Part shown: piece by piece, positions 1 through 8,578 of the stretch
How the letters are laid out: each line of letters begins with the position of its first letter
How positions within the stretch are numbered: the stretch's first letter is position 1
NCBI GenBank assembly: GCA_964553605.1
Contig: CAZKKR010000002.1
Location: 1-51,130, forward strand
Reading direction: 5' to 3'
Length of the DNA stretch: 51,130 bases
DNA from: an uncultured Muribaculaceae bacterium
GTDB taxonomy: Bacteria; Bacillota_I; Bacilli_A; RF39; UBA660
Notes under the pieces: model-generated
The model's database searches: none
What the model was told of the DNA's origin: nothing
Seen by the model: only the letters and a program-made list of their open reading frames with translations
Translations under genes and position numbers: made by a program

Positions 1-142
1 TGAGCCTAAGGATGAACCAACTACGAAAGAAGAAAAAAAAGTGAAACAAAATAATGAAATGCCAGTTATTTTATTTATAGTAATTGGTGCAGCTGTGACT
101 GTAATAATTATTATATTTATTGTTTTTAGAAAGAAGAGATAG
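1..142 (+). CDS. 3' end of an ORF that starts upstream of the window. K/E/P/T-rich stalk, one C-terminal TM helix and an RKKR tail (membrane-anchored surface protein, partial)
   Basis: Frame 2 is open from base 2 to TAG 140-142: ...EPKDEPTTKEEKKVKQNNEMPVILFIVIGAAVTVIIIIFIVFRKKR*. The stop lies 1 nt before the ATG of the next gene, so the operon continues upstream of the window. Confidence 0.4.
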   Translation, partial: EPKDEPTTKEEKKVKQNNEMPVILFIVIGAAVTVIIIIFIVFRKKR

Positions 143-143
143 T

Positions 144-2969
144 ATGAAAAAAAGAATAATTTATTTTTTGATATTAGTAACACTTTTTTGCTCATCATTT
201 GGGAGTGTAAAAGCTGAGGGAGCTAATGCTGATGATTATGATCCTAACGGTCCTGGTGGTGGACAAGTCGGTGGTGCATGTTTATATGATAGAAGAGATT
301 TATGGTGCAATAGATGGAAGAGCGTTCATATGAGTGTTGCAATAGTTTATTATGATGGTAAAAAAAATAATGATGGTACACCAACGAAACCTCAAGTAGT
401 TGGCAACATGCAAAAGTATTACTATTTGTCTGATATGTGGGGTGGAGATGGAGATGCAAATTGTTTGACGTCACATACTTGCGGATATCCATCTCATGTA
501 GATGAAACTAGGAGAGACGCAAATGGAAATGTTTGGAAACACCCATGGATGAGCAGAGGTGAGGACGGTAAAGTTGTGCTTTTCTCTAGTGAATATTTTC
601 ATTATGATACTGTTAGAGCTAATAGCTCTGATCTTAGTGTGCGAAAAGCAACATTTAGAAATTATGTAAAACATGAGTTTGGATATGATATTGACGCAGA
701 TCCTGATCAATTATTTGTAAAAGAAAGTTGTGAGGTTGATGTTAATAATCCGGGCAACTGTTATGGCAAACCAGGCTATCGTCTCAGGGCTGAAATTCAT
801 GGTTTAAATGGCTCTGGACACTCTAAACCATTGCAATCAATTGATTATTGGGGCGGCGATCTTAATGGTCCGGAAATGAGAGATGCATCTAATTCTATGA
901 CTGTTGAATGGCCAGACATTAATTACGGCTGTAGTAGTTATGGTACTGAGCGTCGTGGTAATGGGGTTGTGTGTAAAGATCGTAGCAGAGATAATTTGAA
1001 CTGTCTTAGAAATAGAAATTGTGGTTGGGGAATATGGCTTGTAGATATTTCTAAATATATTCAACCTGGTTATGATTATTCATTAGATATGGCTTGCGTA
1101 AACTGTGATTCAACGCTTTCTGATAGTAAGGCTGTTGTTCTTCAGGATACAACTAACTGGGAGGCTATAGAAGCAAGTCCTAGAATGACAGGAATAAAAA
1201 ATGCTCCAACATATTTCTATAAAAGCGGATATGGAACATTTTGTAGAGAGGAATATCATTTCTTTTTTCCAAATCAGAATGATAAAATTAAGGTTCAATT
1301 AGGTAGATATTTTACTTTAAATGCTAAACAAGAAGATCTTAATGTTGCGGGAGCAGACATACCGAACTTTAAACCAATTAAAGTTAAAAAAATTAGACAG
1401 TGTCGTAAAGGTGATTTGAGTAAATTTAATAATGATAGTTTTGCTAATTTTAGATCATGTGCTCCAGATATTGAAGTTTATTATAAAAACGAAAATGTAT
1501 ATGAATATAATAAAGATTGTTCTAAAAAATTAGAGAAATATACAGTTGAATCAGCTACAAGTAAGATAGAAAATAATCAATTAACACAAACGGCAATTTT
1601 CTATTATACTTTGCCAAAAGATACTTATAGATATATTCAAAAATTTGATGGAAAATCTGTTGACTTTTTGAAAGAAGATGTTGCTGGAGATGATTTAAAA
1701 GTTGGTAATTTCCCTGTAGCATTTAAATCTAATAAGGAAAGAAATAAAGCTAACGAAAAAATTATTGATATTAAATTCACATTTAGTTTTAATAGTTTGA
1801 ATAAATGTAATTTTTCAAAATTTGATGAAGCTTATACTGAGAAAAATGATTATTTTTCAACAACAGGAACAACTATACAAATCGAGGATAATATTTATAA
1901 GAAATACATTAATGGAAAATCTGATGCGAATAACAATATAAATGATAGTGCTTGTGTCAAATTATTCGGATCTGCAAGTGCTGCTAGGTCTTGTATCGAT
2001 GATAAATCTAGTAAGTCTAGAACAATAAATAAAATGGGTAGGTGTTTTGCAGAATTTCCTAAAATAAGTGGAACGACAAGTTGCCGTTTCACAGGTAGTT
2101 CGTATGCCTGCATGATTACAGATTGTAGCCCAACTGATCCTGATTATAATCCAGTAACTAAAACTTGTAATGGTGGAAAACCAGATTTCTGTGATGAAAC
2201 TACTGCTGGAAAAGGTGATTACAAAGATTTAGTTTGGGATCCTGAAACTAAACAATGTGTAGGAAAATGTAATCAAAGTAATGCTGGAACCGGAAAATAT
2301 AAAGACTTAGTTTGGGATCCTATTAAAAAAGTTTGTGGTACTTGTACTAAAGATACTGTTGGAACCGGAATATATAAAGGTCTAGTATGGGATGAAGTTA
2401 ATCAGAAATGTGCGCCAAAACCTAGTGATAAGTGTGAATTAGACTGTCCTACTTATAATGGTGAAAAGGCGTGTTGTGAAGATGCTTCTGGACGTTCTTT
2501 CTGCGGACTATTTATCGGTAAGAAAAAAGTTTGTCCAGGCAAACCAGATATACCAAATATGTCAAACTTAGTATTTAGACAGATTGATAAAAATAATCCT
2601 TTTACAGCACAGGATGGTGGTAATAGGCAAACTGGTGATAACTGGTGTGATAGAACAGATGCAAATACGAATGATTGTAGTACAGAAAATAAAATTGTAA
2701 CTACAGTTATTAAAGAAAGCAACATTAGTGAAGAAGATGCAATGTATAGAGTAACGTTAGACTCTGAAGATATTAGCGCAATTAGAAATTATAACAAAAA
2801 ACACGATTATGATGATTTTACATTAAGATGTTCTAAAAATGAAAAAGACAATACTTATGGTAGTAATTGTATTAGTGAGAAATTTTATAGTGAAACTAAT
2901 TTAACGCTTAGTGGACAATGTGGTGGTGCTAATCACAATGTTGGTTCATTTAATAATTGTGTAAAGTAG
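144..2969 (+). CDS. Large secreted cysteine-rich protein (941 aa), family not recognised. Candidate adhesin or filament-associated protein of the downstream pilus/T4SS locus
   Basis: Track ORF 120-2969. ATG 144 gives a classical Sec signal peptide MKKRIIYFLILVTLFCSSFGSVKA/EG. About 42 Cys in the mature chain by hand count. No TM segment or wall anchor at the C-terminus. Three tandem ~25-aa repeats near residue 700. Confidence 0.7.
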   Translation: MKKRIIYFLILVTLFCSSFGSVKAEGANADDYDPNGPGGGQVGGACLYDRRDLWCNRWKSVHMSVAIVYYDGKKNNDGTPTKPQVVGNMQKYYYLSDMWGGDGDANCLTSHTCGYPSHVDETRRDANGNVWKHPWMSRGEDGKVVLFSSEYFHYDTVRANSSDLSVRKATFRNYVKHEFGYDIDADPDQLFVKESCEVDVNNPGNCYGKPGYRLRAEIHGLNGSGHSKPLQSIDYWGGDLNGPEMRDASNSMTVEWPDINYGCSSYGTERRGNGVVCKDRSRDNLNCLRNRNCGWGIWLVDISKYIQPGYDYSLDMACVNCDSTLSDSKAVVLQDTTNWEAIEASPRMTGIKNAPTYFYKSGYGTFCREEYHFFFPNQNDKIKVQLGRYFTLNAKQEDLNVAGADIPNFKPIKVKKIRQCRKGDLSKFNNDSFANFRSCAPDIEVYYKNENVYEYNKDCSKKLEKYTVESATSKIENNQLTQTAIFYYTLPKDTYRYIQKFDGKSVDFLKEDVAGDDLKVGNFPVAFKSNKERNKANEKIIDIKFTFSFNSLNKCNFSKFDEAYTEKNDYFSTTGTTIQIEDNIYKKYINGKSDANNNINDSACVKLFGSASAARSCIDDKSSKSRTINKMGRCFAEFPKISGTTSCRFTGSSYACMITDCSPTDPDYNPVTKTCNGGKPDFCDETTAGKGDYKDLVWDPETKQCVGKCNQSNAGTGKYKDLVWDPIKKVCGTCTKDTVGTGIYKGLVWDEVNQKCAPKPSDKCELDCPTYNGEKACCEDASGRSFCGLFIGKKKVCPGKPDIPNMSNLVFRQIDKNNPFTAQDGGNRQTGDNWCDRTDANTNDCSTENKIVTTVIKESNISEEDAMYRVTLDSEDISAIRNYNKKHDYDDFTLRCSKNEKDNTYGSNCISEKFYSETNLTLSGQCGGANHNVGSFNNCVK
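2205..2432 (+). repeat. Three in-frame tandem repeats of about 75-78 bp inside the Cys-rich protein gene
   Basis: AGKGDYKDLVWDPETKQCVGKCNQSN / AGTGKYKDLVWDPIKKVCGTCTKDT / VGTGIYKGLVWDEVNQKCAPKPSDK. The nucleotide similarity is visible directly (ggaaccggaa...tttgggatcc). Confidence 0.8.
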
Positions 2970-2980
2970 GTGGTGATTAA

Positions 2981-3382
2981 ATGAAGGAATCGTTTTGGGG
3001 AATATTTGTTATATTCCTTGGAGTTCTCGGAATAACATTTATAGTGTTATTTCAAAATCTTACTAATACTGATCAGCATAATACGCAACTTTTGCAGGAA
3101 GTTACAGAGGCTTCAATGAGAGATGCAATTGATTATGCTAATTATAGAGCAACGGGTGTAATTAAAATTAACCGAGAAAAATTTGTTGAAAATTTTATTA
3201 GGAGATATGCCGAAAGTGCGAGCCGCTCTAGAAAATATGAAATTATTTTTTACAGCATAAATGAAACACCACCGAAAGTTAGTCTTGCAGTTAAAAGTGG
3301 TGTTACGGGTATTAATAACAGTACTGAGGTTGATTTTGATTTAACTAATAAGATAGATGCAATTCTAGAGACGCCATATTAA
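2981..3382 (+). CDS. Pilin-like or pseudopilin-like small protein (133 aa) with an N-terminal hydrophobic helix
   Basis: RBS GGTGGTGA 6 nt upstream. The N-terminus MKESFWG-IFVIFLGVLGITFIVLF shares the M-[KR]-E-[SA]-x(1-4)-G leader with the three pilin-like genes at 7818, 8097 and 8579. Confidence 0.5.
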   Translation: MKESFWGIFVIFLGVLGITFIVLFQNLTNTDQHNTQLLQEVTEASMRDAIDYANYRATGVIKINREKFVENFIRRYAESASRSRKYEIIFYSINETPPKVSLAVKSGVTGINNSTEVDFDLTNKIDAILETPY

Positions 3383-3408
3383 TAAAAGAGAGAAAAGGAG
3401 AAGACAAT

Positions 3409-4476
3409 ATGAATAATTTATTAGAATCATTTAAGAGATTTTTCAAAAACAAAAATACTGTAACCATAATCGGAGTAATTGTTATATTGGTGTTACTTTA
3501 TATTGGTTATAGTTCACAAATCAATAAGGCTGTTAATCCAGTTACAGTATATGTAGCTACGGAAACAATTCAGCCACGTACGGAAATAACAAGTGATATG
3601 GTGCAAACTATAGATATGCCTAATATCTCTGTTTCAGAAGACGTACTTTTATCCAGAGATTCAATTGTTGGACGTTATTCTAACATAAACTCTGTAATTC
3701 CAAAGGGAAGCATGTTTTTCAAAGATATGGTTGTAGATAAACAAGATCTTCCTGATGCACCTTTTATGAAATTAAAGGAAGGTAATGTAGCTTATAACTT
3801 CCCTGTTGATATGCAAACGACATATGGTAACTCAATTTTCCCTGGGAAATTTGTTGATATTTACATGAAAATTGGTAATGGTGCTGACGAAAAAGTTATG
3901 ATAGGTAAACTTATTGAAAATGTTGAAGTTTTAGCAGTTAAGGATTCTGCTGGTAGAGCTGTATTTGAAAATACTAGTGAAGAAAGAACTCCTGCTATGA
4001 TGATAATTGGATTATCACAAGATCATTATAATTTACTTATCAAAGCATATTATTTAAGTGATTTAGGTGTAGTACTTTATCCAGTACCTAGAGAAGCAGG
4101 AAGCGCTAATCAAGCTACAGCTTCTACACAAGAACTTAAAGAATATATTGAAGCTCATTCTATAAACATTCAGACAATCACACCAACAAATGATGCTGGT
4201 ACAGCGACTGACAAATTACTTCCAACAGCAACAGAAACTGGTGGTAGTATTAATAAAGTTACAATTACTTATCCTAAGGGCTGTGGAAGTACTTATACAT
4301 GTACTTATTCTAAAGATGGTGGTAAAGCTACTACAGTTAAAAAAACTACGCAAACAATTACTTATACCACTAATGGAACTTTAATTGCGACAGTTACAGA
4401 AAAAGATGGAACCGCTCACACTTTAACTACTAGTGTACCACTTAATGCTAATTCAACTACGGAGAATGTAGGTTAA
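3409..4476 (+). CDS. cpaB: Flp pilus assembly protein CpaB/RcpC-like (SAF domain) with a Thr-rich C-terminal extension
   Basis: N-terminal TM, then VTVYVATETIQPRTEITSDMV...IVGRY...IPKGSMFFKDMV (SAF-like). Further on, PGKFVDIYMK...ENVEVLAVKD...MMIIGLSQDHYNLLIKAYYL..GVVLYPVPR matches the CpaB pattern as I remember it. Lies directly upstream of the ATPase. Confidence 0.75.
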   Translation: MNNLLESFKRFFKNKNTVTIIGVIVILVLLYIGYSSQINKAVNPVTVYVATETIQPRTEITSDMVQTIDMPNISVSEDVLLSRDSIVGRYSNINSVIPKGSMFFKDMVVDKQDLPDAPFMKLKEGNVAYNFPVDMQTTYGNSIFPGKFVDIYMKIGNGADEKVMIGKLIENVEVLAVKDSAGRAVFENTSEERTPAMMIIGLSQDHYNLLIKAYYLSDLGVVLYPVPREAGSANQATASTQELKEYIEAHSINIQTITPTNDAGTATDKLLPTATETGGSINKVTITYPKGCGSTYTCTYSKDGGKATTVKKTTQTITYTTNGTLIATVTEKDGTAHTLTTSVPLNANSTTENVG

Positions 4477-6047
4477 TGGATACTAATTTCGATCAAATAG
4501 ATTTTGGGGCTCTTAAACCTTATCTAGATGACGATGATGTTACAGATATTTCATATGATAATGATGGACAAATACATTTAAAAACATTATCAAAAGGAAT
4601 ATTTAGAGTAGATAATCCAGCAATTAATAATGCTTTTATGGAAAAACTAGCCTTTCAGTGTTCAAATGTTATGGGTAAAACATTTAACATGGCTCATCCT
4701 TTTTTGGACGCTGAAAGTGCTGAACTTCGTTTGGCGTTTATTCATGATTCTGTTTCTCGAAATGGAATCGCTTGTGTTGTGCGTAAAACGCCAGCAAAGA
4801 TTCGACTTCAAAAAGAAAAAATTCTTGCTGATAAATATGTTGAATTAGATATATTAGATTTTTTAGAGCAATGTGTTTTAGGACATTGCAACATGATTGT
4901 CAGTGGAGAGACTGGTTCTGGTAAAACTGAGCTTGTCAAATATTTGGCATCTAAGATTGCCGAAAACGAAAAAGTTATAACTATTGAAGATACTTTAGAG
5001 CTTCATTTGGATAGAATTTTTCCTCATAGAGATATCGTATCAATGAAGACTAATAATATTGCTTCTTATACTGATATTCTTGAGGCTTGCATGCGACAGA
5101 ATCCAAAGTGGATACTTCTTTCGGAGGTTCGTAGTGCGGAAGCAGTTTTGGCTGTTCGTAACTCTATTTCTTCTGGGCACTATATTCTATCAACAATTCA
5201 TGCTGATAAAGCGGCTTCAATTCCAAACCGTATGTATAGTTTGCTTGAAACTAATCAGGATTTGGAACAATTTATGAGCTCTATTTGTAGATATATTCAA
5301 ATTGGTATTTATGTTAGAGGTTATACTGATAAAGCAACTCATAATTTTAAAAGAGAGATTGCGGAAGTTACCGAATTTTACGTAACAAATGATACTAATG
5401 AAGCTAAACATAATATTATTTATCGTAAGGGTGCAGATGGAAAGGTAATTAGAAATAATCCTAGTCCATACTTGATTGATTATTTAGAGGTTCAAGGTGT
5501 ATTTTTACCTAAAGAACTTCAGAATATGGTTGGTGATGATTCGAAAGATAGTGAAGCTCCAGCTGTAGTTCAAAAAGCTCTTAGCGAAGATGATATATTT
5601 GATAATCAAACCGTTACTTTTAATAGTAATGGGGCAAAAATTGAAATAAATGATCAGGTTGAGAAGGAAATTCAACAAACGGCTACTAACGAAGGGCCGG
5701 CAGCTAAAGAGGAAGCTTTAGATGATGAACTTATTAATGAACCAGTATTTCCAACTGCTGATGTAAAACCGGCAGAACCTCAACCAACTGTTCAACAGAC
5801 GCCAGTGCAGACTGTTACGGCACCAGTTAATACTAATCCAGTAAACGCTGCTGCAGTAAATAGTGTGCCAAGACCAGCACCTGTTACGGCGCCAGTTATG
5901 AATGGTGTGACTACGCCTACTGTTAATGCAGTGCCTGGTGCTACACAAAATGTGGCAAATCCTGCTCAGTCAGTTATAAATGTTAACGCACCTGGGGTTA
6001 TTAATGGACAAACAGGTAATGATAAAGTAGAAAAATTATTTGGATAA
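4476..6047 (+). CDS. tadA: CpaF/TadA-family (VirB11-superfamily) secretion ATPase with a ~170-aa low-complexity C-terminal extension
   Basis: Walker A GETGSGKTE, Walker B-like WILLSEVR, His-box STIHA. TAATG stop/start overlap with cpaB at 4474-4478. Followed by two TadB/C-like genes. Confidence 0.85.
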   Translation: MDTNFDQIDFGALKPYLDDDDVTDISYDNDGQIHLKTLSKGIFRVDNPAINNAFMEKLAFQCSNVMGKTFNMAHPFLDAESAELRLAFIHDSVSRNGIACVVRKTPAKIRLQKEKILADKYVELDILDFLEQCVLGHCNMIVSGETGSGKTELVKYLASKIAENEKVITIEDTLELHLDRIFPHRDIVSMKTNNIASYTDILEACMRQNPKWILLSEVRSAEAVLAVRNSISSGHYILSTIHADKAASIPNRMYSLLETNQDLEQFMSSICRYIQIGIYVRGYTDKATHNFKREIAEVTEFYVTNDTNEAKHNIIYRKGADGKVIRNNPSPYLIDYLEVQGVFLPKELQNMVGDDSKDSEAPAVVQKALSEDDIFDNQTVTFNSNGAKIEINDQVEKEIQQTATNEGPAAKEEALDDELINEPVFPTADVKPAEPQPTVQQTPVQTVTAPVNTNPVNAAAVNSVPRPAPVTAPVMNGVTTPTVNAVPGATQNVANPAQSVINVNAPGVINGQTGNDKVEKLFG

Positions 6048-6060
6048 AGGAGGCTAAAAG

Positions 6061-6966
6061 ATGACATTTTTAATATTTATTATTGTTTTGGCAATTACTA
6101 TATTTATTATTTTGTATAGAAATAATAGTAATACTAATAATGTTTATAAATTTATTAATGCTAAAATTAATTTTGCATATGAAAGATTTGCTCCTTATTC
6201 ATTTAAAATTGTTAGAGAAAAGGTAAAAGAACTTGGACAAGAATATACACCTAGACAATATGCGATTCAAATTGTAACTTTTGCGGCTGGTGCAGCAATT
6301 GTCACATATTTATATTTTTATAACATAGTTGTTTCACTTATTTATGCGGTGGTTGCTGTTCTTGTGATTCCATATTTGACGTATTTACGTTGTAAAAGAC
6401 TTTACAGTGAATTTATATGTGAACAAATTCAAGTTTATACAACTAATACTATTATGGAATTTGCCACAACACAATCTTTTGTTAAGGCGTTAGAAGGTGT
6501 ATATGAGTCTGATGTTCTTGAAGATCCTGTCAAAGCTGATGTAAGAGCGATGATTGATATGGCCTATGAAAATGGTACTATTGATCAGTCTTTAGATTAC
6601 ATGAATGCAAAATATGATTTTTACATTGTAAGAAATATGCATCAATTATTCTTACAGATAACTAATGAAGGTTCTAGAGATGCGGGAGAATCACTTGAAA
6701 ATATGAGCCAAGATATTGATATGCTTGTTGAAAGTGTTTATCGTGACCGCATTGATAGAGCTGGTTTCCATAAAAAGTTTTTACAATTCGGTATTATTTT
6801 GTACTTGATGGTTATGCTTGTACAATTTATGCTGGGAATTGAAACTTATAATGAGATGCTTAATGATTGGTGGGTAAGATTACTTTTACACGGAATAATT
6901 TGGCTTAATACGTATTTCTTACTATCAGGTGAAAAATATTATAATGAAGATGTGGGGGCGGAATAA
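6061..6966 (+). CDS. tadB: TadB-like (T2SS-F family) polytopic platform protein
   Basis: RBS AAGGAGG. Topology is an N-terminal TM, a TM pair, a ~130-aa cytoplasmic domain and two C-terminal TMs. Position is immediately after the ATPase. Family assigned by topology and synteny, not by a motif. Confidence 0.6.
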   Translation: MTFLIFIIVLAITIFIILYRNNSNTNNVYKFINAKINFAYERFAPYSFKIVREKVKELGQEYTPRQYAIQIVTFAAGAAIVTYLYFYNIVVSLIYAVVAVLVIPYLTYLRCKRLYSEFICEQIQVYTTNTIMEFATTQSFVKALEGVYESDVLEDPVKADVRAMIDMAYENGTIDQSLDYMNAKYDFYIVRNMHQLFLQITNEGSRDAGESLENMSQDIDMLVESVYRDRIDRAGFHKKFLQFGIILYLMVMLVQFMLGIETYNEMLNDWWVRLLLHGIIWLNTYFLLSGEKYYNEDVGAE

Positions 6967-7760
6967 TGAATACGAGTTTTATATTTATATTTATAGGTAT
7001 TATTTTAATATTTTTGCTCGAATATAATCAACATTTTAGTTCCCGTAAATTCATTCAAGAAAATGCGCCTTATTTTAAGGGGTTAATGGAAGATGATTAT
7101 GAGTTTTTAGTTAAGGTTAAATATTCTGGAGATGTCGATATTGAAAAATTATTTAATCAAAGAGTGAGAAATGGATTAGTAGTAATTGTATTTTTCTTCT
7201 TTATATTTTTAAATAAATTATCATTTGCATATATATTACTTTCATTTTTAATTGGATTTGGAATGTTTAAACTTCCTTATATTTCACTTAAGAATTTTTA
7301 TAAGGCAAATTTACATAAAATTAATTTGATGTTGCCATATTATTTAAAGGGGCTAGAGATTTTAATTCAGCACTATACAGTTCCAGTAGCTTTAGCCAGA
7401 AGTATTAATACGGCTCCAGAAATTTTTAAACCAGGGCTAGAAAAATTAATCGCAAAAATCGATGCTGGTGACTCTAGTGTTCAACCTTATATGGATTTTG
7501 CTAATGAATATCCAGTTAGAGATTCAATGCGAATGATGCGACTTTTATATCGTTTAGGTTTAGGTAGTCAGGAAAATAAACAAGAACAGTTAATGATGTT
7601 TTCAAGAACTATCTCAACTTTACAGAATAAAGCTCGTGAGCAAAAGTATAAAGAGCGTTTAGATAAAATGGAAAACAAAACCATGTTCATGCTATTTGGT
7701 ACTGGTGGAGGTATTCTTGCATTTTTACTTTTGTCAATGATGATGATGATGAACTTTTAA
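6966..7760 (+). CDS. tadC: TadC-like (T2SS-F family) polytopic platform protein
   Basis: TAATG overlap with the previous gene. Topology similar to the previous gene (N-terminal TM, TM pair, soluble domain, C-terminal TM). Ends in a Met-rich helix LLLSMMMMMNF. Confidence 0.55.
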   Translation: MNTSFIFIFIGIILIFLLEYNQHFSSRKFIQENAPYFKGLMEDDYEFLVKVKYSGDVDIEKLFNQRVRNGLVVIVFFFFIFLNKLSFAYILLSFLIGFGMFKLPYISLKNFYKANLHKINLMLPYYLKGLEILIQHYTVPVALARSINTAPEIFKPGLEKLIAKIDAGDSSVQPYMDFANEYPVRDSMRMMRLLYRLGLGSQENKQEQLMMFSRTISTLQNKAREQKYKERLDKMENKTMFMLFGTGGGILAFLLLSMMMMMNF

Positions 7761-7763
7761 ATA

Positions 7764-7791
7764 TTTACAAAATAGAAAATTATGTTATAAT
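7764..7791 (+). promoter_or_regulatory. Candidate sigma-A promoter for the pilin-like gene (TTTACA, 16 nt spacer, TGtTATAAT extended -10)
   Basis: tttaca at 7764-7769 and tgttataat at 7783-7791, in the 57-nt gap before the 7818 gene. Confidence 0.45.
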
Positions 7792-7817
7792 TAAAAATAG
7801 AGGGAAGGTGAGAAAAT

Positions 7818-8036
7818 ATGAAAGAAGCAGCTGGTGAAGCTAACTTAACAGTTGTAGCTATTATTTTAATTGGAGTTGTTGTGGCTGTAGTTACACCACT
7901 TGTATCAAGTTTGATGAGTAACACTGCAAAAAGAGCTTGTTGTACTGATGCGGGAGGTGTTTGGAAAGGTAGTGGTTGTCAAAATATTACTGACCAAAGC
8001 AGTTACACTTCTTGTATTAATTCAACAAAAAAATAA
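7818..8036 (+). CDS. Flp-like small pilin candidate (72 aa), atypical
   Basis: RBS GGGAAGGTGAG. MKEAAG/EANLTVVAIILIGVVVAVVTPLV is a short charged leader ending in Gly plus a hydrophobic helix. The ~40-aa C-terminal part carries 4 Cys (CC..C..C). Size and position (after tadC, before the pseudopilins) fit a major Tad pilin, but the Flp G/xxxxEY motif is absent. Confidence 0.6.
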   Translation: MKEAAGEANLTVVAIILIGVVVAVVTPLVSSLMSNTAKRACCTDAGGVWKGSGCQNITDQSSYTSCINSTKK

Positions 8037-8049
8037 ATTTTTAAAAAAC

Positions 8050-8074
8050 GCTTGCAAACTAAGCAAGCTTTTCC
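8050..8074 (+). terminator. Weak hairpin with T-run after the pilin-like gene (attenuator or partial terminator)
   Basis: gcttgc (8050-8055), 7-nt loop, gcaagc (8063-8068), then tttt. Only a 6-bp stem. Confidence 0.4.
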
Positions 8075-8096
8075 TTTAAAAGAGGGGTGATTAGGT

Positions 8097-8573
8097 TTGA
8101 GAGAAAGTATTGGTAGTGCATTTTTATATAATATAATTTTTGTTTTTATAATAATTGTTTTTGGCTTGCTTTCTGCCACTATCAGTTATTATAAAGGCTT
8201 TAAAGTAAATACTCGAATACTTGCTTCAATTAATAAATTTAGTGGTTATAATGATTTGGCTAATAAAGAGATTGAAAATTATTTATCTAGTATAGGCTAT
8301 ACAGTTAACTCAAATAATGATAAGTGTTCTGCGGACCGAGGCAAAGGAGAATTAGTGAGACCTTCAGGAACAAATTCTCCATCTAATTATTTGTACTGCG
8401 TATATTACATTGCAAATGATAATTCCAAAAGTAGTGTTAAAAGTAATGGAAATTATTACAGTTATGGAGTAAAAAGTTATATATATGTTGATTTACCAAT
8501 TGTCGGCAAATTTAAAATTCCTGTTTATTCAAAAGGCGAAAGAATTTATAGATTTAGTGATTCAAAGGGGTGA
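8097..8573 (+). CDS. TadE/TadF-like pseudopilin candidate, paralog 1 (158 aa)
   Basis: TTG start with RBS AGAGGGGTGA. MRESIG/SAFLYNIIFVFIIIVFGLL leader plus helix. Clear paralogy with the next ORF (YYKGFKVNTRI.. vs YSKAFKVKNYI..; SIGYTVNS vs EIGYRVNS; YLYCVYY vs YQYCIYEF; VDLPIVG vs FDVPIVE). Conserved Cys pair. Confidence 0.55.
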   Translation: MRESIGSAFLYNIIFVFIIIVFGLLSATISYYKGFKVNTRILASINKFSGYNDLANKEIENYLSSIGYTVNSNNDKCSADRGKGELVRPSGTNSPSNYLYCVYYIANDNSKSSVKSNGNYYSYGVKSYIYVDLPIVGKFKIPVYSKGERIYRFSDSKG

Positions 8574-8578
8574 GGTAA

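Noticed and set aside
1-142. Sortase (LPXTG) anchoring of the truncated upstream protein and of the 40170-40988 product
   Set aside because: No LPXTG-like motif precedes the C-terminal hydrophobic helix in the visible sequence (NNEMPVILF; VPATKANSMYM). These look like plain TM anchors.
244-2725. Six minus-strand track ORFs of 62-90 aa (244-492, 471-710, 837-1064, 1110-1298, 1895-2113, 2453-2725) inside the 144-2969 gene
   Set aside because: All lie antisense within one long, coherent + strand ORF that has a signal peptide. Their translations are low-complexity I/L/S/T/H-rich strings with no RBS context. They are typical shadow ORFs.
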